This document shows positions 60,682 through 64,000 of a stretch of DNA of 64,000 nt, one piece after another; the stretch's first letter is position 1; each line of letters opens with the position of its first letter. The stretch is from Dehalococcoidia bacterium (lineage in GTDB: Bacteria > Chloroflexota > Dehalococcoidia > UBA2979): contig OY839116.1 in NCBI GenBank assembly GCA_963692775.1, positions 3,149,334-3,213,333 on the forward strand, given 5' to 3'. Position numbers and translations under genes: made by a program. Under the pieces are notes generated by a model. The model searched no databases. It was not told the DNA's origin and saw nothing but the letters and a program-made list of their open reading frames with translations.

Positions 60682-61293
60682 ATGCCCGGCGAGTTGATGT
60701 TCACCATACGATCGGGCGAGGCGGAGTCTGCCGAGCCGATCAGCCTCGCCGATGTCGGCCTCAGGGAGCGCTCCCACCTACAGGAGTGGGTCCGGAAGAA
60801 TCCCGAAATACTTGGCGAGGACGTCCTCATCGTGACGTTCGAGTTCGACCGCTTCCAGTCGCGAGGCGGGCGCGCCGCCGATCGTCTCGACCTGCTGGGG
60901 CTCGACCCCGACGGGCGACTGGTGGTCGCCGAGTTGAAGCGCGGCCCCGCGCCCGACAGCGTAGACATGCAGGCGATCAAGTACGCAGCCTTCGTCAGCA
61001 AGTTTACTCCGGAGACACTCGCCGAGGCGCACGCCGCGTACGCGTCGGCGACTGAAGGTGAGGATGTCGCCGCCACCGATGCGCTGGCGCGCCTCAAGAG
61101 CCACGTCGATGGAGAACTCGATCCAGACACGCTGCGCAAGCCGCGCGTCGTGCTGATGGCCGAGCGCTTTTCGCCACGGGTGACAGCGAGCGCCGTCTGG
61201 CTGACCGATATGGGCCTGGACGTCACGCTGATCGAGTTGAGGGTTTGTCATATTGGCCGCTCCGAACCGCTGAAGCGGCCTGATCCTGGGTAG
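60682..61293 (+). CDS. PD-(D/E)xK nuclease-fold protein (NucS/DUF91-like), possibly 3'-truncated
   Basis: 203 aa. DLLGLDPDGRLVVAELKRG...QAIKYAA fits a D...E-x-K core. The ORF ends ~140 bp before the IS transposase gene. Confidence 0.55.
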   Translation: MPGELMFTIRSGEAESAEPISLADVGLRERSHLQEWVRKNPEILGEDVLIVTFEFDRFQSRGGRAADRLDLLGLDPDGRLVVAELKRGPAPDSVDMQAIKYAAFVSKFTPETLAEAHAAYASATEGEDVAATDALARLKSHVDGELDPDTLRKPRVVLMAERFSPRVTASAVWLTDMGLDVTLIELRVCHIGRSEPLKRPDPG

Positions 61294-61435
61294 CATCGCC
61301 AGGTCGCGCCCGGCAAGGGCCATCTCAACCTGGTGAACGCCTGAATGCCGTGTTGGGAGCCGGACAGGAAGACCGCGAGGACGCGTTGAGGCACCCCGCC
61401 TCAAGCGGGATGCAGCGGCTGGCCGCAGGCTGGGG

Positions 61436-62974
61436 TCAGGTGATGCGGCGTTTCACCTTGCGGATGTCACCGGGCCGTCCGTCACGGCAAGCCGCCAGCG
61501 CGCGAGCGAGCATCATGAGGATCGAGAAAGTCACCCTGAACCCGACGTTCGCTTTCCCGCGGACGCAGTGCCCCGACAGGAATCGGATCGTGCTCTTGAG
61601 GATTGAGTTGAGGCGCTCCACGAACTGATGTCGCCGGTAAGCCTCGCGGTACTCGGCCGAGCGCCGTGCCCAAGGCGGCGTTCGCCTCGGGTCGATCGTC
61701 CAGTCCAATTCCAGGCGCTCCGCGCCGCAGGTCGCAGGGCAATCCCAGAGCTGCATTCCCGGCTCGGGTCCGGCCGCTTCGGCGTGTCCGACGGAAGCCA
61801 TCTCGGCCCCGCATCCGCAGAGCGGCGTGCCGTCCGGGAGTAGCCGCTCCCCGCCGGGGCCGGCGACATACTCGCTCTTCGGCATCTTGCGAACCGGGAT
61901 CGCGGGCGCGGCGCCGACGGAGCATGCGAATTCGGAGTTCGCCCGCGAGTCGTAGCCGGCGTCGCCCGAGATGAAGGCCGGGCGCATCCACGGCGCACGC
62001 TCCAGCGCACCCGAGACGAGGCTGGGGAGCAGGTTGGTCTCGCGCTCGTTCGCGGGCGTGAACACCATGTACAGGGGCAGCCCGGTCATGCCGCACGCAA
62101 GGACGTTCGCGGCATAGCCGAGGTCGAACTCGGTTTTGCCTCTCCCGCGGTTCTTCGTCGCGAACCCCTTGCGGGCATCCTTGTCCGCCTGGCCTCTGCG
62201 GACGTTCGCCCATGTGTGGATGAACGTGCGGTCGGCGGCCGCGTGCCCGCCCAACTCCGGGAGCCAGCGGGAGAGCTCCGCAAGCCTCCCCGCCGAGGCG
62301 TCCACGATCAGGCTCGACTTGGCTGCGACGCGCCGTACGAACCGCGCGTACGTCGGCAGGGACGGGCGCCGCCCTGGCGGCAGGCCGCACCACGCGGCCA
62401 GCACCGGGTTACGGTCCACCTCGGCGAGGAAGTCGGTGTACGTCCCGTACCCGAGGCCCGCCTGGGCCACGAGCATCCGCAGCTTCGCTTCGGCTGGCCA
62501 GCCGGTGCGGCCCGGCTTCCCGCGCCGGTCGAGCTTGCCAAGCAGGTCGCGGAGTCCGGCCGCCGTCCAGGTGCGGCTGAGAGCCACGAATTCTTCCGGC
62601 AGATGGCTCAGCAACACACCGTGGGCGCGCGCGGCGTCCATCCAGTACGCAAGCTCCTGTTCGGCTCCGGCCAGATCGGCGAAACGCCTGATCGTGTCAC
62701 GCGAGGGCGGCTCGCCGCAGAGGCCGCAGAACTCGCGCAACTCGCCGTCCCTTGTGAGTTCCCGCGCCGCTGCGCGCCAACTCCATCCCCAGGCGAGCGC
62801 CACGAGCGTGATCAGCCACAGCGTCTTGCGCAAGTGGCCCTTGCGGCCCCGCGTCTTCCTGAGTTCGCCAATGCGGCTCAGCGCGCCGGAATCGGCCGCC
62901 GCCATGAAGACGACCGGCGGCAAGCTACGGTGCTCCGGGCGCCGGTCGCGTATGCTACGCCGCGTGGCAGGCAT
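61436..62974 (-). mobile_element. IS element transposase gene (DDE, IS4/IS5-superfamily-like; Y-x2-R-x3-E-x6-K signature YRRHQFVERLNSILK)
   Basis: 512-aa intact ORF with DAGYDS and a C-terminal YREK-type motif. The terminal inverted repeats could not be located by eye. Confidence 0.7.
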
Positions 62975-63776
62975 GCGGAGGCAGCTCCTCCGAGTGCTTG
63001 CGGGGACGGGCGGCGTGCGATGCCGTCCGTGCCCTGCACCCGCATTTCCGCGGGTGCGTCGTTTGATGTCCGGGGCGGCGGATCATTCCGTGAGCCGGGA
63101 TGTCCGCCGCCCCGGCTTCGACAGTCGTCATCGACTACTGCATGGGGCATCACCTCCGGCGCCGCTGGGGCGCAGACCGATCCGCGCGCGGCGTCGGGAC
63201 ACGCCGCCCGCGAACTGTCAGGAGAGGGGCCTGTCGGCAACGGTGCTGCTTGTGCGGGGAACGCGCGTTACGCTACGATCACCACAAGTCGCAGGCGGCG
63301 CTGGCAAGCTTCTCGCCTGCAAGGCACTGACGCCCCGGTCTCCCGGCCGGGGCGTCTTGTTGCCCCGGCCGGCGCCAGCGTTTGTGCCCTGCTCCCCCTA
63401 TTGTAGGGCCGCTGCCGATTTCGCTGCCCAACGACAAGGTCAGCGCCCGGAAAGTGATCTACTGCGGGGCGTGTCGATCCCGTTGCTGGCGCGCCCCAAT
63501 CCGTGATGGTCAACGAGAACAGGGCGTAGCCCGCAACTGGCATATCTTCACCGTGCTGGGATGCGTGGAGGCAAGGCGCTACTCCCGACCCGGTGCCGGC
63601 TGCGGGGCACCCGATGGGTGCGGGCGCTGACCGGGCGTCGCGGCGCTCTTGGCCAGACCGAGCTCGCCTGGATTGCTTGATGCCTGCAGGAGCACACCGT
63701 TGGGACTGACTCTGAGTGCGCGGCGTGCGCCGGTGCTATCTTCTACGGGTGACACATGGACATGGAGGAGGCCGTC

Positions 63777-64000
63777 ATGGCTACTCGCCGACCTACCGAG
63801 GAGATCGCTCGCCTCGGCGAGGAGATCTACGAACGCGACGTACGGCGGGAAGTCGAAACCGACCATCACGGTGAGGTTGTCGCAATCGACATCGACAGCC
63901 GTTGCTGGGCCATCGGCGACACCGTGACTGCCGCGCGGGATCGCCTGCGAGCAGAGCGCCCGGATGCGGTCAACGTGCTGTTCGAGCGCGTGGGGTACCG
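63777..64000 (+). CDS. Small hypothetical protein, 5' part only (runs off the window)
   Basis: The ATG at 63777 follows the SD GGAGGAGG. In-frame ATGs also occur at 63756 and 63762. The translation is MATRRPTEEIARLGEEIYERDVRREVETDHHGEVVAIDIDS... and is open to the window end. Confidence 0.5.
   Translation, partial: MATRRPTEEIARLGEEIYERDVRREVETDHHGEVVAIDIDSRCWAIGDTVTAARDRLRAERPDAVNVLFERVGY

Noticed and set aside
61294-63120. Terminal inverted repeats and target-site duplication of the IS carrying the 61436-62974 transposase
   Set aside because: I compared both flanks by eye and found only weak partial matches (for example CCCAAC... near 61350 versus 63425). No boundary call is justified without a computational alignment.

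Overview
This is a ~70% GC bacterial window. The F420/LLM enzymes, Lhr-Ku-LigD and tad genes suggest an actinobacterial or Chloroflexi-like genome; this is a guess, no search was possible. All product names come from reading motifs and recalling families, not from database hits.

Layout:
1. 1-10.5 kb: a complete type I-C CRISPR-Cas locus (cas3' - cas5c - cas8c with a probable internal cas11c - cas7c - cas4 - cas1 - cas2). It is followed by a 180-bp leader and an array of 57 identical 37-nt repeats with 56 spacers.
2. 10.5-17.8 kb: a gene-decay zone. It holds a 5'-truncated cpaF fused directly to the last CRISPR repeat, a frameshifted tadB, a truncated tadC, an IS21 remnant, an aminotransferase fragment, two decayed ISNCY-like transposase fragments in permuted order, and a leuA pseudogene. 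One intact SLC13/TrkA-C permease sits among them. The zone ends next to tRNA-Leu(CAA) and tRNA-Gly(GCC).
3. 18.4-26.8 kb: lhr, a small RHH gene bracketed by a 48-bp duplication of the lhr 3' end, then ku and ligD.
4. 26.9-57.9 kb: mostly metabolic genes. These include enoyl-CoA hydratases, an ADH, an S9 peptidase, F420/LLM oxidoreductases, SDRs and an MBL hydrolase. There are four family-III CoA-transferases, three of which are two-domain fusions. Also here are a betaine-type ABC transporter, a cation/proton antiporter, fdhD/mobA and a decayed MntA/HepT module.
5. 58-64 kb: a secreted SH3b/3D protein, a PPOX-F420 protein, a family-5-like UDG, a NucS-like nuclease next to an IS4-like transposase, an 800-bp ORF-free structured stretch, and a partial small gene.

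The most unusual signal is a second family of eight 37-38-nt hairpin elements (7 full, 1 cut), all on the + strand between 12,654 and 17,829. They have the same length, hairpin position and spacing as the I-C repeat, and one sits at almost every gene-fragment breakpoint of the decay zone.
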